DNA from: Candidatus Latescibacterota bacterium
GTDB taxonomy: Bacteria; Latescibacterota; UBA2968; SICM01
Assembly: GCA_965217865.1 (NCBI GenBank)
Contig: CBDCJO010000002.1
Coordinates: 5,344,001 to 5,408,000 of the forward strand
Direction: 5' to 3'
DNA length: 64,000 nt
The position numbers were made by a program, and so were the translations under genes. Under the pieces are notes generated by a model. The model was not told where the DNA came from and did no database searches. It saw nothing but the letters and a program-made list of their open reading frames with translations. This document shows positions 39,853-49,892 of this stretch, piece after piece. How positions within the stretch are numbered: the stretch's first letter is position 1; each line of letters starts with the position of its first letter.

Positions 39853-40665
39853 TCAAACATTGGCCTCCAACCATTTGTAACACTTCTGGTACCCCACTGC
39901 ATCCTCGAGTTCAGGACCCTCGTACTCCGCACACCAGACCCCGTCATAACCCGCCTCCTTGAAGCACTTCACCGCGTATTTCAGGTCGATCTCTCCTTCA
40001 CCCAGGACAGCACCTTGATATTCACTTCGGGAACCCCTGCCGTCCTTGATGTGGGTGTGGAAGACGTGTGGCGCGAGAATCTTGAAGAAATGGTTGATCC
40101 TGGGGAGCAGGTGGCCGAACCATCGGAAGTTCATCGTGTCCACGTTCACCCCGATTCGATCCGAACCCACCCGCTCGATCAGGCTCAACTGCCAGTCGCC
40201 ATCGTTAGTGGAGAGGCCATGGTTGTCAAGCGCAACCCGTACGTCCAACTCTTCGAGGGAATCGGCTATTCTTTTAAAGGACTCAACCATCATTCCGTCC
40301 CAATCATACTCGGAGACTTCACCGCTGCGGTTCCAACCGCCATCCGATCGAACAATACGAGTCCCCGCGAAGGGGATGATTTTACAGACATAACGATAAC
40401 GTTCTATTTCCGCTTCCCGTTCTTGCTTCGTGGGCTTTATGAAATCGTTTCCTGCGCACACCGACGATGGCTGGATCCCGTATTTCTCCATGGTCTTGCG
40501 GGCTTCCTCTGCGGATTTCTCCCCGTTTCGAGACTTTCCATCCCAGATGTCGTTGATATTAAGCTCAACATACGTGTATCCGATCTCGGATGCTCTTCTT
40601 AAGAATCCTTCGAAATTCTTATCGGGCCATCTATAGTGGACGGTTCCGATCTTTTCGTTTGCCAT
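39853..40665 (-). CDS. Sugar phosphate isomerase/epimerase (xylose-isomerase-like TIM barrel)
   Basis: YVEL, DNH, VNVDTMN, HTHIKD, GEGEID and EYE motifs. Confidence 0.88.
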   Translation of the reverse strand: MANEKIGTVHYRWPDKNFEGFLRRASEIGYTYVELNINDIWDGKSRNGEKSAEEARKTMEKYGIQPSSVCAGNDFIKPTKQEREAEIERYRYVCKIIPFAGTRIVRSDGGWNRSGEVSEYDWDGMMVESFKRIADSLEELDVRVALDNHGLSTNDGDWQLSLIERVGSDRIGVNVDTMNFRWFGHLLPRINHFFKILAPHVFHTHIKDGRGSRSEYQGAVLGEGEIDLKYAVKCFKEAGYDGVWCAEYEGPELEDAVGYQKCYKWLEANV

Positions 40666-42256
40666 CTATTCTCCTTTGCGGTCCGTTGACTCGCAAAACC
40701 TTTCCTATGCCCGTTCCTTTCCCTTCGCCAGGACCTCGGTCTCCGGCAACCCGGCCCGTCTCATAATCGATTTTCAGTGCCTTCACCAGGCCGTAACAGG
40801 CAACAAGGAGCGCCACGGTAATCGGCAGCCCCAAGGTGATAGACGCCGTCTGCAGCGCCTTGAGCCCGCCAAAATAGAGCAGCACTGCCGCTACCGCCCC
40901 CTCGGAAAACGCCCAAAAAATCCGCTGCGACGTGGGCGGGTCCGGGTGCCCTCCCGATGTCACCATATCGTCCACCAGCGATCCGGAATCCGACGACGTA
41001 ATAAAAAAGGTTATCACCAGCAGTGTACCCAGCACCGACGTCACCGAAGCCCAAGGCAGCTGGTTCAGCACCGTGTGAAAAGAAAGCGCCACGTTCTCCT
41101 TCACAACTTCTGCCAGGCCCCCGACACCGTACAGCTCGATGTGCAGGCCCGTACCACCGAAAACCGCCAACCACACGAACGTGGCCAGCGTGGGCGCAAG
41201 GAATACGTTCAGCACGAACTCCCGCACGGTCCGGCCTTTAGAAATGCGGGCGATGAACACTCCGACAAACGGCGACCAGGAAATCCACCAACCCCAGTAG
41301 AAGAGCGTCCAGCCCGTCTGCCAGTTCGATCCCTCCCGCATATCAATCCAGAAGCTTTTCTCCACGAAATGTTGTAAATAATCTCCCAGCGTGCTCGCAA
41401 ACATCTTGAGCTGGAACAGGGTGGGACCGAAGACGAATACAAACAGCAGCAGCACGCAGGCCAGGATGACGTTGAACTCACTCAACAGACGGATGCCGTT
41501 CTCGACGCCGGAAACCACCGAAATTGTGGCGATCAACGTGATCACTACGATAATGATAATCTGCACGTCCGTGGCCTGGGCAAGGCCAGTGAATTCGCTG
41601 ATGCCCGCGTTGATCTGCATGGCACCCAGCCCCAGGGAGGTTGCCACCCCGAACAGCGTGCCCACCGTGCAGAGGATATCCATCAGGTGGCCCAGGATGC
41701 CCCGGAATTTCTCGCCCAGTACGGGGTAAAGCAAGGATCGGGGCGCCAGAGGCAGCCCGTGTCGAAAATGGTAGTAGGCGATAGCCAGCCCGAAGATGAT
41801 GTACACCGCCCAGGGGTGAAACCCCCAGTGGAAGAACGTGGTCCGCATCGCCTCCAACACGGCCTCGGGCGTTTCGGCCTCCACCGTGGGGGGCGCCAGG
41901 TAATGTGTGATCGGTTCAGCGATCCCCCAGAACACCAGCCCGATACCCATCCCGGCGCTGAAAAGCATGGTAAACCACGCAAAATAGCTGAACTCTGGAC
42001 GGGAATCGTCATCCCCCAACCGGATATCGCCATAGGGGCTGAACCAGAGCCAGATCACAAACCCCACAAAGAGGGATACTGATAGGATGTAAAACCAGCC
42101 GAATGTCTCGGCGATAAACGCCTGTGTGGCGTTGAATAGGTTTGCAGCTGTCTCGGTGAAAAAGCTCCCGAAGATGAGAAAGCCAATCACCAGGGAGGCG
42201 GATCCCAGAAACACCGTGGGCTCCATCGCCTCCATAAACCGAGGGCGCTTCGACAA
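40631..42256 (-). CDS. BCCT family betaine/choline/carnitine transporter
   Basis: MLFSAGMGIGL, FHWGFHPW, GVATSLG and WTLFYWGWW.SWSPFVG motifs; TTG start after GGAGG. Confidence 0.93.
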   Translation of the reverse strand: MSKRPRFMEAMEPTVFLGSASLVIGFLIFGSFFTETAANLFNATQAFIAETFGWFYILSVSLFVGFVIWLWFSPYGDIRLGDDDSRPEFSYFAWFTMLFSAGMGIGLVFWGIAEPITHYLAPPTVEAETPEAVLEAMRTTFFHWGFHPWAVYIIFGLAIAYYHFRHGLPLAPRSLLYPVLGEKFRGILGHLMDILCTVGTLFGVATSLGLGAMQINAGISEFTGLAQATDVQIIIIVVITLIATISVVSGVENGIRLLSEFNVILACVLLLFVFVFGPTLFQLKMFASTLGDYLQHFVEKSFWIDMREGSNWQTGWTLFYWGWWISWSPFVGVFIARISKGRTVREFVLNVFLAPTLATFVWLAVFGGTGLHIELYGVGGLAEVVKENVALSFHTVLNQLPWASVTSVLGTLLVITFFITSSDSGSLVDDMVTSGGHPDPPTSQRIFWAFSEGAVAAVLLYFGGLKALQTASITLGLPITVALLVACYGLVKALKIDYETGRVAGDRGPGEGKGTGIGKVLRVNGPQRRIDGKRKDRNRPL

Positions 42257-42273
42257 TGTCTTCCTCCAGCAGG

Positions 42274-43110
42274 TTATGGATGACGAAACTGGAAAATCCC
42301 CCACACCAGGTACCCCTTTTTCCCGCCGTCGATCCAGTAGCCTAACCCTTTCTCCATCCGGTCTATATAGTCCTGGCTTACCACCTCGCTCAGCTCTTCT
42401 CCCCGTCGCTTCGTCTCCTCCAGCACCCGGGCGTAGTGGATCACAAGCTGATGCGTGAGATCCTCGAACCGGACCTCGTCCAAACCCGCCTCCCTGGCCG
42501 TCTCCCGGTAATAGTCGGGCGATCCCAGCGACTCTAAGTGGATGCGTTCCAGAATCGGCTGCAGCACGCCTTCGGGACAGTCGTCCGATTGCATAGGATC
42601 TGTAAACACTATATTGCCGCCTGGCTTCAAAACTCGCACAGCTTCCGCCAGCACCCGCGCCCGGTCGCCGCTGTGCAGGATCGCATCCTGCGACCATACG
42701 AGGTCGAATGTATTATCCCCGGCGGGAACGTCCTCGAAATTTCCGTCCACCACCTCGATCAGGTGGTCCAGTCCCTGCGCCTCGTTCATCTCCCGAGCAC
42801 GCTCGTTCTGAACCTCACTCAAGTTAATGGCGATCACTTCACATCCAGAGGTAGCGGCAAGGAACCGCGCCGCGCCGCAAAACCCGGATCCCATATCCAG
42901 CACTTTGGTATTCGCATCCAGGCTTTCAGGCAATGACGCAAGGTATTCCACCGTCCGCCGGCTGGCAACAGGAATCGGCTCCTCCTCCGATTCGTATAAT
43001 CCGATGTGGATATCCTCACCACCCCAGATCTTATAGTAAAAATTATCTGAATCCTCGCAGTTATAATAGTCCTTCGCCGTGTCCAGTGCGCTCGAATACG
43101 CCAAGCTCAT
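42274..43110 (-). CDS. Sarcosine/dimethylglycine N-methyltransferase (SDMT)
   Basis: YYN..D.DNFY..IWGGEDIHIGLY, DMGSG..G.AR, WSQDAILHS, FTDPMQ and L.WG motifs. Confidence 0.9.
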   Translation of the reverse strand: MSLAYSSALDTAKDYYNCEDSDNFYYKIWGGEDIHIGLYESEEEPIPVASRRTVEYLASLPESLDANTKVLDMGSGFCGAARFLAATSGCEVIAINLSEVQNERAREMNEAQGLDHLIEVVDGNFEDVPAGDNTFDLVWSQDAILHSGDRARVLAEAVRVLKPGGNIVFTDPMQSDDCPEGVLQPILERIHLESLGSPDYYRETAREAGLDEVRFEDLTHQLVIHYARVLEETKRRGEELSEVVSQDYIDRMEKGLGYWIDGGKKGYLVWGIFQFRHP

Positions 43111-43113
43111 CGC

Positions 43114-43278
43114 CTACCTCCGTAGTGGTTTTTCCGCCCGTGGCAAAAAAGTCGGGCTCTTCCTCCCGGTAAGTCTACTGAAAATCCCATAGGTTTCCAC
43201 CTGTTGAAACCCCACCTCCCTTATAAGCTGCAGCGTATACGCCTTTCGGAGCGGGTACATGTTGAGATAGTGCTGATC
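43114..43278 (-). pseudogene. C-terminal remnant of glycine/sarcosine N-methyltransferase (GSMT)
   Basis: HYLNMYPLRKAYTLQLIREVGFQQVETYG | DFQ*TYREEEPDFF...AEK; matches the recalled GSMT C-terminus, immediately upstream of SDMT. Confidence 0.75.
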
Positions 43279-43411
43279 TCACAAGCAATTTGTCGAGAGG
43301 ACAGCGATTTTAGCGACGGTTGTTGTCAAATTTTGTCAAACTCAAGCCGCATATCCCGACTCATATAAGCTTATTTTTTGATAAATAATCATTTACAAAA
43401 CACATTTCCCT

Positions 43412-43427
43412 TGGCACGGACATTGCA
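43412..43427 (+). promoter_or_regulatory. Sigma-54 (-24/-12) promoter
   Basis: TGGCAC-GGACA-TTGCA, consensus spacing. Confidence 0.7.
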
Positions 43428-43603
43428 TAATAAAATCCAGGAGACCAATATATCTAATGTGAGGGATAGATTCCAAGTTTAAAGGAAACCTATCTGGAAC
43501 TAAATGTCTTTATCGGGCGTCCATCTGGTAGGACCCAGTAATACCTGATTAGGGGCCCCGGAGAGTGGGTCGGAAACGAATTCCGGACTACGGTTTTTCT
43601 CAC

Positions 43604-43632
43604 TTGACTTCTTCTTCAAGATAACTTACATT
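43604..43632 (+). promoter_or_regulatory. Sigma-70-type promoter
   Basis: TTGACT-N17-TACATT upstream of the 43701 gene. Confidence 0.6.
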
Positions 43633-43700
43633 TTACTCAACTTTTTAAAAATTCAGCCGAAAACTAGGATTAGAGACCAACTCTTTTAGGAGGTTAATCT

Positions 43701-44450
43701 ATGAGACGGATTACTCTGTTTTTATCGGCGATGTGCCTGATCATCGGGGTATCGGCAGCTTTGGCGGCGGCCCCCGGGGGACTTTTGAAGGCCCTGGATG
43801 GAGGCGCGAAGGATGAAGTCCGGATGCAGGTGGTTCTTTCTGAGATGACGCAGATGAAAGGATATGGATTCGCAGTAGAATACGATCCTACCCAATATGA
43901 ATTTATCCGGGCGGAACAGGGAGAAGACAATCTTTTCGGAACAGAGTCGCCCCTCTTCCTGACATCGACCAAAGAATCGGGAAAAGTCCTGATAGCGAAC
44001 GCAAACGTGAACGCGAAAGAGGGCATCAGCGGGGATGGGTCGGCCGCTGTTCTCACTTTCCGAAAGATCGGCAACGTGACGGGAGAATTCGGTCTATCGG
44101 ACCTTACGGTCCTCGATATTTCCGGTGGGGTGGACCAGATTAAGAATGTCCACGCCCTCGAATTAAAACCGAAAGAATTCGGCCTGGATCAGAATTATCC
44201 CAACCCGTTCAACCCGGTCACGCAGATAAACTTTCGAATGCCGGTGGATTCCCACGTGCGACTTGCGGTGTATAATATCCTCGGCCAGAAGATCCGAACC
44301 CTGGTCAATGAGTTCACGCCTGCGGGGTCCTACACCATCAATTGGGATGGCCAGGATGAGATTGGAAGACAGGCTGCGTCGGGTATGTATCTCTATCGGC
44401 TGGATGCCGGTCAGTTCAAGGCAATCAAACGGATGACCCTGTTAAAATAG
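43701..44450 (+). CDS. Secreted protein: cohesin-like domain plus FlgD-Ig/T9SS-like C-terminal domain
   Basis: Signal peptide; GYGF.VEYDP; L.QNYPNPFNP.T.I...VYNILGQ...WDG.D..G...SGMYLYRL...MTLLK. Confidence 0.88.
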   Translation: MRRITLFLSAMCLIIGVSAALAAAPGGLLKALDGGAKDEVRMQVVLSEMTQMKGYGFAVEYDPTQYEFIRAEQGEDNLFGTESPLFLTSTKESGKVLIANANVNAKEGISGDGSAAVLTFRKIGNVTGEFGLSDLTVLDISGGVDQIKNVHALELKPKEFGLDQNYPNPFNPVTQINFRMPVDSHVRLAVYNILGQKIRTLVNEFTPAGSYTINWDGQDEIGRQAASGMYLYRLDAGQFKAIKRMTLLK

Positions 44451-44476
44451 AATCGAATACAACTGAGTTGTATCGT

Positions 44477-44511
44477 GGCGCACCTTATTTTTAAGGTGCG
44501 CCTTTTTTTTT
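44477..44511 (+). terminator. Rho-independent terminator
   Basis: GGCGCACCTTA-TTTT-TAAGGTGCGCC followed by T9. Confidence 0.9.
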
Positions 44512-44715
44512 CACTATCATCAGGGGTTGGAGGTCAGCCTCAACCTTGGAAGCCAGTTCGGGGCTTCTTGGGGTTCGGGAATTAATGCGAATGTTGTGGA
44601 GTCGGACCGTGCTGAAGGGGGGCGGAGTATGTCTTGTGGGTTCGATGGCGAGTGCTTGACAAGGTGGATTGGATTATCTACATTTGGCAGTTGCCTTGGA
44701 CGGTGTATCCTGGTT

Positions 44716-44940
44716 TTATTTCTCCAGCTTCTGAATCGCGGATTCGCCGCCAGGATGGGAGGGGAGTTCTCCCAGTGTATCTGAGTAGGCGTAGGCGGTC
44801 TCCGCGACCGTGCAGGCGTTCAGATCGATGACGTAGTGGACCTGATTCGGATCGATATTCCTATCGTTACACCCTGCCCGAATCGTCGCCTTCACAAAGT
44901 CTTCTGTAGTCCCGAATTTGACCCGAACCTGATCGAGCAT
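44716..44940 (-). CDS. Small hypothetical protein (74 aa)
   Basis: GGGGG RBS and its own TTGACA-N17-TAAATT promoter at 45029-45001. Confidence 0.5.
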   Translation of the reverse strand: MLDQVRVKFGTTEDFVKATIRAGCNDRNIDPNQVHYVIDLNACTVAETAYAYSDTLGELPSHPGGESAIQKLEK

Positions 44941-45129
44941 GATAACCCCCCATACGGGAATTCAATACGGATAGGCAAACCTCGAGAATTTACTCGGCAA
45001 AATTTAAAAACAAGATCATGTTTTGTCAAGTTTAGAGCCAGAACAGGCTCAATAGCCAGTTTGTTCATCCACTCATCTTTGATCGAATGTTTGAACCGCA
45101 ATCGATGAATTGCACGGGTTGTGTTCGGT

Positions 45130-46675
45130 ATGACATACCTCCTTGGCATCGATATCGGCACGACCGGGGTCCGGGCAATCCTCGTCGATGAGACCGGCGG
45201 GGTGGCGGCTGGAGTCACGATCGAGCATCCGATCCACACGCCAAGGCCCAACTGGTCGGAGCAAGATCCGGAGGACTGGTGGAAGGGAACCCTGAATGCG
45301 GTCCGGGGAGTCCTTGGAAAGATCGGTCCCGGATCCGGCAGGCGGGTTATCGGGCTGGGACTTTCCGGTCAGATGCACAGCTCTGTATTCTTAGATGGCC
45401 GCGATCGTGTTCTCAGACGGGCCCTCCTTTGGAACGACGGACGGACTACGGAACAATGCCGGTGGATCACCAAGCAGGTGGGCGCCTCCGGGTTGAAGCG
45501 CCTGGTGGGTAACCCCGCCCTTGAGGGTTTCACGGCACCGAAGGTTATCTGGTTGCGGGATGAAGAACCCAAAACCTATCGACGCCTGAGGACGCTCCTT
45601 CTGCCCAAGGATTACATCCGGTTTCGTTTAACAGGAGAAAAAGCAACGGAAGTCTCGGACGCGGCCGGGACGTTGCTTTTTGACGTGCGGAATCGGCGAT
45701 GGTCCAAGGAGCTCCTCGAGAAACTCGACCTCTCTTCGAAAATACTTCCACCTGTGTTTGAATCGACGGAAGTTTGCGGAAAGGTGTCGCCCGCTCGACC
45801 GGGTTGAAATCCGGAATCCCGGTCGTCGGCGGGGGGCAGACAGCACGTGTGGAGCCATCGGGAATGGGATCGTACGAGAGGGGCGAGTGCTCTCAAGCAT
45901 CGGAACCTCGGGCGTGATATTCGCCCATACGGATCGCGTCAAGATCGACCCGAGCATGCGGGTCCATACCTTTTGCCATAGTGTTCGCAGCCGATGGTAC
46001 CTGATAGGTGTAACTCTTTCTGCCGGAAATTCTTTGCGCTGGTTCAGAGATTCCCTTTCGCCCCTGGAGACGCAGATGGAGCGTATTTCCGGGATCGATG
46101 CCTATTCCGTATTGACCGAAGAAGCCAGGATGGCACCACCGGGGAGTGAGGGCCTTGTTTTTCTCCCGTATCTCACGGGTGAAAGGACGCCTCACAAAGA
46201 TGCCTCAGCCCGAGGGGTACTATTCGGTATCAGCCCGCGGCATAATCGATCCCACGTCGTCCGGGCGGTCATGGAAGGGATCACCTTTGGCATGAACGAT
46301 TCTCTCCGGATAATCAGGGAATTGGGGGTAAAGGTGGATGAGGTCCGGACGACCGGGGGAGGAGCCCGCAGCGCCTTTTGGGGCCAGGTGCAGGCCGATT
46401 TTTTCGAGGCATCCGTAGGCACGGTGAATGCGACGGAGGGGCCTGCTTTCGGAGCCGCCCTGATGGCGGGTGTCGGGTCTGGAATTTTCGGGGATCTGAA
46501 GGAGGCCACGGATCAATTCGTGAAGGTAACGGGAAGAATCGAACCCAACCCCCAAAATGTCGCTCGATATCGGGAGATGTATTCCGTGTTCAGATCGCTG
46601 TATCCCGAGTTAAAGCGCTCCTTCCGTCGGGTTCGGGGGATCGTAGAAAAGCAAAGCCCGAAAGCGGAGAACTAA
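45130..46675 (+). pseudogene. xylB: Xylulokinase (FGGY family), two lesions at ~45795 and ~45835
   Basis: LGIDIGTT, SGQMH, WND.RT, FTAPK, PKDY | TGLKSGIPVVGG | ADSTCGAIG, SIGTSG, PYLTGERTP. Confidence 0.88.
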
Positions 46676-46750
46676 GGGTGAAAACGAAAATCGATCGTGC
46701 CGGGCATTGCGCCAAGTTGTATATATTTATTTTCTATTTCCGGAGGGTCT

Positions 46751-47422
46751 ATGTTATTTAAACCGGTCAAAAGACTGACAAAGCGACAGATTAAAGAAGA
46801 CAAACTGGTCACGATGGCTGCAAAGACATCGGCATGGCTTAGACTTAACTATCCAATGATCATCGCTGGTGCGGCCGGGCTTGTAGTACTCGTCATCGTC
46901 GCGAACATTATCCTGGGTAAAGATGAAGCACTTGGCTTGGAAGCCGCAGATGCTTTTGCCAAAACCAAGATCGCCGCGATCGAAGAGCGGATTGGAGATA
47001 TATTTCTACACGGGGAAGAGGCATATACTAAATATCCCGGCACCGGGGGGGGAGCCCAGGCGCTTTTACTTGTGGCCAACACGTACTTCGACCTTGGCCG
47101 TTTGTCCGAGGGGAAGGGGGCGTTTCAAAGGTGCATCGACGACTACTCGGACGATCCGGTTATGGTCTATGCGGGCTGGATCGGGTTGGCGGCGTGCCTT
47201 GAGCAGGAGGGAAAACCAGGCGAGGCAGCGGCAAAATACGAGGGGTTTGCGAATACCTTTCGCGATTCCCCATTTAGGGGGGCTTCATTGATTGATGCCG
47301 CCCGCTGTTATGGGGAAGCAGGGAATCGAGATAAAAAGCGTGCACTCCTCGAAATGTTCATCGAGGGTCACAAGGATTCACCTCTGGTCTCGGATGCCAG
47401 AGTCAGGTTAAAGACGATGTGA
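46751..47422 (+). CDS. Membrane-anchored tetratricopeptide repeat protein (YfgM-like)
   Basis: LTKRQIKEDKLV N-terminus, TM helix, TPR-like helices. Confidence 0.78.
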   Translation: MLFKPVKRLTKRQIKEDKLVTMAAKTSAWLRLNYPMIIAGAAGLVVLVIVANIILGKDEALGLEAADAFAKTKIAAIEERIGDIFLHGEEAYTKYPGTGGGAQALLLVANTYFDLGRLSEGKGAFQRCIDDYSDDPVMVYAGWIGLAACLEQEGKPGEAAAKYEGFANTFRDSPFRGASLIDAARCYGEAGNRDKKRALLEMFIEGHKDSPLVSDARVRLKTM

Positions 47423-47444
47423 TAGTTGCATAGGTGGAATTTGG

Positions 47445-47481
47445 GCCTCATCCCCGATCCGGGCGATGAGGCTTTTTTTTT
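47445..47481 (+). terminator. Rho-independent terminator
   Basis: GCCTCATC...GATGAGGC followed by T9. Confidence 0.8.
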
Positions 47482-47502
47482 GTTCAGGACGAATCACCGG
47501 CG

Positions 47503-48243
47503 CTACTCCCAGAACACCACCTCGATCCTCCGATTCTTCTGCTGGTTTTCCACTGTATCGTTCGGGGCCACCGGGCGGGTGTCCCCGTATCCGACGGCTT
47601 TAATGACATCCTCAGAGATTCCCTGGCTCACGAAAAAGGCCTTGACGTTCTCCGCACGCTGGAGTGAGAGCTGATAATTGATCTTGGGATCTCCCGTGTT
47701 GTCGGTGTGTCCTTCGATCACAATCTTTTTCGGCTCGATCGCCTTTATCTGGGTAGCTGCCTTCTCGAACTCCTGAGTTGCGCCCGCGGTCAATTGAACG
47801 CTCCCCGGGGAAAACATCACTGCGGAGTCGAGCTTGAGCGAAGGGGCCACGGCATCCCCGACCATAAACCGATAGAAGTCGAGGGTGAGCTTTTTCATCG
47901 GTTCCTGCGAGACCACCTTTGTCAGGCTGGTCTTTTCATCGGCCGTGATGACCTCCAGGGTCCCGATCAGAAGCTTCACGCGCATCGGGGATTCGTCGGT
48001 AGGGTCGTCCGCGTAGATATAGCGGTATACGTTCAAAACGGTCCCCAGTTCCATACCCTGTTCATTCCCGGCGTTGATGAAGTAGAAAGGCTCCTCACGA
48101 ATTCGGGGCATGTCCTCGGAATACGGCTGGCTGGTCCAAAAAGCCAGATTTTTCCTGGATTCCAACAATTTTGAAGAGTTTGGCTTCAACCGGAACCGAG
48201 AACAGCATGATTCCGGGATGCATACAAGATCGATTCTTTTCAT
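47503..48243 (-). CDS. OmpA/MotB-like domain protein; signal peptide scrambled by two compensating frameshifts
   Basis: IEGHTD, LSLQRA, GYGDTRPVA.N and NRRIE; alternate frame 48215-48150 reads GIMLFSVPVEAKLFKIVGIQE. Confidence 0.82.
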   Translation of the reverse strand: MKRIDLVCIPESCCSRFRLKPNSSKLLESRKNLAFWTSQPYSEDMPRIREEPFYFINAGNEQGMELGTVLNVYRYIYADDPTDESPMRVKLLIGTLEVITADEKTSLTKVVSQEPMKKLTLDFYRFMVGDAVAPSLKLDSAVMFSPGSVQLTAGATQEFEKAATQIKAIEPKKIVIEGHTDNTGDPKINYQLSLQRAENVKAFFVSQGISEDVIKAVGYGDTRPVAPNDTVENQQKNRRIEVVFWE

Positions 48244-48426
48244 GGGACCTCCAGCGTAGATGACGATCCTGACAGTCTTAACTCAAGGAATTCATTTAAA
48301 TGATACAAGGGTATCTGTGATCTGTCAAGCTCAACGCTGTTTCTCTTCCCATCTACAGAGAGATTTATCAAAGATGATTCACAACACAGTATGTGTTACG
48401 ATCGCGAGAAGGAACGCTTAGCGTCT

Positions 48427-49892
48427 TTAATGGCGGGCTTTTAATGAAAAGATGCCATAACCCATTATAATGATCGCAAGAACCACATAAAGGTAGGGGG
48501 GCATCAATGGGATTGTCCTGGGGACTTCGGGCGGACCACCCCCCCCGGCAGCCACGATGATGACCACGTTCGCATCGCTGGCCGCTATGGCGCTTCCCAC
48601 GCCATAGGATGAGGGCATGCCGCCCCCGGTCTCGCGTATGTCCGCGTGGTCGAGGGCTGCCGCCAGTCTGAATCGGTGGCCTGGGGTTGCACCGGCAGAG
48701 ACGTCGGCCGTCACGAAGAAGTAGATGGAACTGGGGACGTCCCCAGGATCCGGGATGTCTCTGTCTCCACCGGCCACGCCCTGCATGTCGATCAGGGTCG
48801 CGGCCACGATGCTCACCGCAACCGTCTTCATGAAAGTATCCCCTGCGTCGAGGGTCGCGTCGTCGCTCCGGTAGAGGTTCAACCCGATAAAGTCGGACCT
48901 AGCAAGTCCCGAGCCACCGCCACTCACGTCCGAAATGGTGACGGTAATTCCGAAACTCCCGGGCGGATTATCCCCGAGCCGGGCTGACCGCACGTCATTC
49001 ACGGTGTCCTGAATATGCAAGACATAAACCTGGATTTCATTCCCGGGAAGCACGTTGTTCTCACCTGAAATTCCCTGCGCCGGGGTCACTTCAAAAACCT
49101 GGATTTGGGCTTGTGCCGTTACCGAGGTAAAGGCAAACATGATCAGGACGGAATACAGGGCGTTCCTTCTGATTGCCCTGCTCCCTGGGTGTGAAGCCGG
49201 TGGGGAGGGGGATCCCGTCCGAAGCCGGGAGGACGTTTTTTTCACGCCGATTCTCATCCGCTCCCTTTTGAACGAAGGCCGGGAAACTCGCTCTGTCCCG
49301 GGGGACTTTTCCCGGAGCAACCCACGGCTTCTGATATAGAACAGGGCTCCGGCCAGAAAGGGGACGCCTTCCCAACCGAAGTTACCCCAAAGAACCATAA
49401 TTTTGGAGCAGAGCATCGCATTTTGATGGAAGAGGGCAGTCGCGATCCGGTCCGAAAGCGGTAGAAATGATCCGCCCTGGACCTGAAGGGTTTGGTTCAC
49501 GGATTGGAGGGCGTTCCAGACCGCGAAATGGGAGAGGAGATAGATACAGAGAACGTGAGTCCCGAACAGAGCGATGAGGGCCGTGCCAAGGGCCTTCAGC
49601 CGGCCCTTCAGCTTTCCCGGCAAACCCGCAAACAGGGCGATCACGACCAGGGCGTTGAGATAGATCGTTCCGAAGGACTTCAACTCCGACCGAACGGTTT
49701 CAGGCCAGAGATTGCACACGAAATAAGTCTTTTCACCCACCTCCAGGCTGATTCCGGGTTGGAAGAAGGCAAAAAAGCGTTTGTCACAGACCCCAGAAGC
49801 GGCCCATAGATCCACGTCACCGGGGGCCAGAGGGCCATTAAGATTGCGGAAGCGGATAGGAATTTAAGCAGATAACGTATCGGTACGCTCAT
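48427..49892 (-). CDS. Exosortase-associated membrane protein in frame with a secreted substrate carrying a C-terminal sorting signal; -1 frameshift in T-run ~49773
   Basis: MSVPIRYLLKF...VTNAF | AFFQPG...multi-TM region; internal signal-like RRNALYSVLIMFAFTSVTAQA-Q; C-terminus GGGGPPEVPRTIPLMPPYLYVVLAIIIMGYGIFSLKARH. Confidence 0.65.

Noticed and set aside
42257-42697. 147-aa N-terminal extension of the BCCT ORF
   Set aside because: Overlaps SDMT in another frame; a GGAGG plus TTG start exists at 42256
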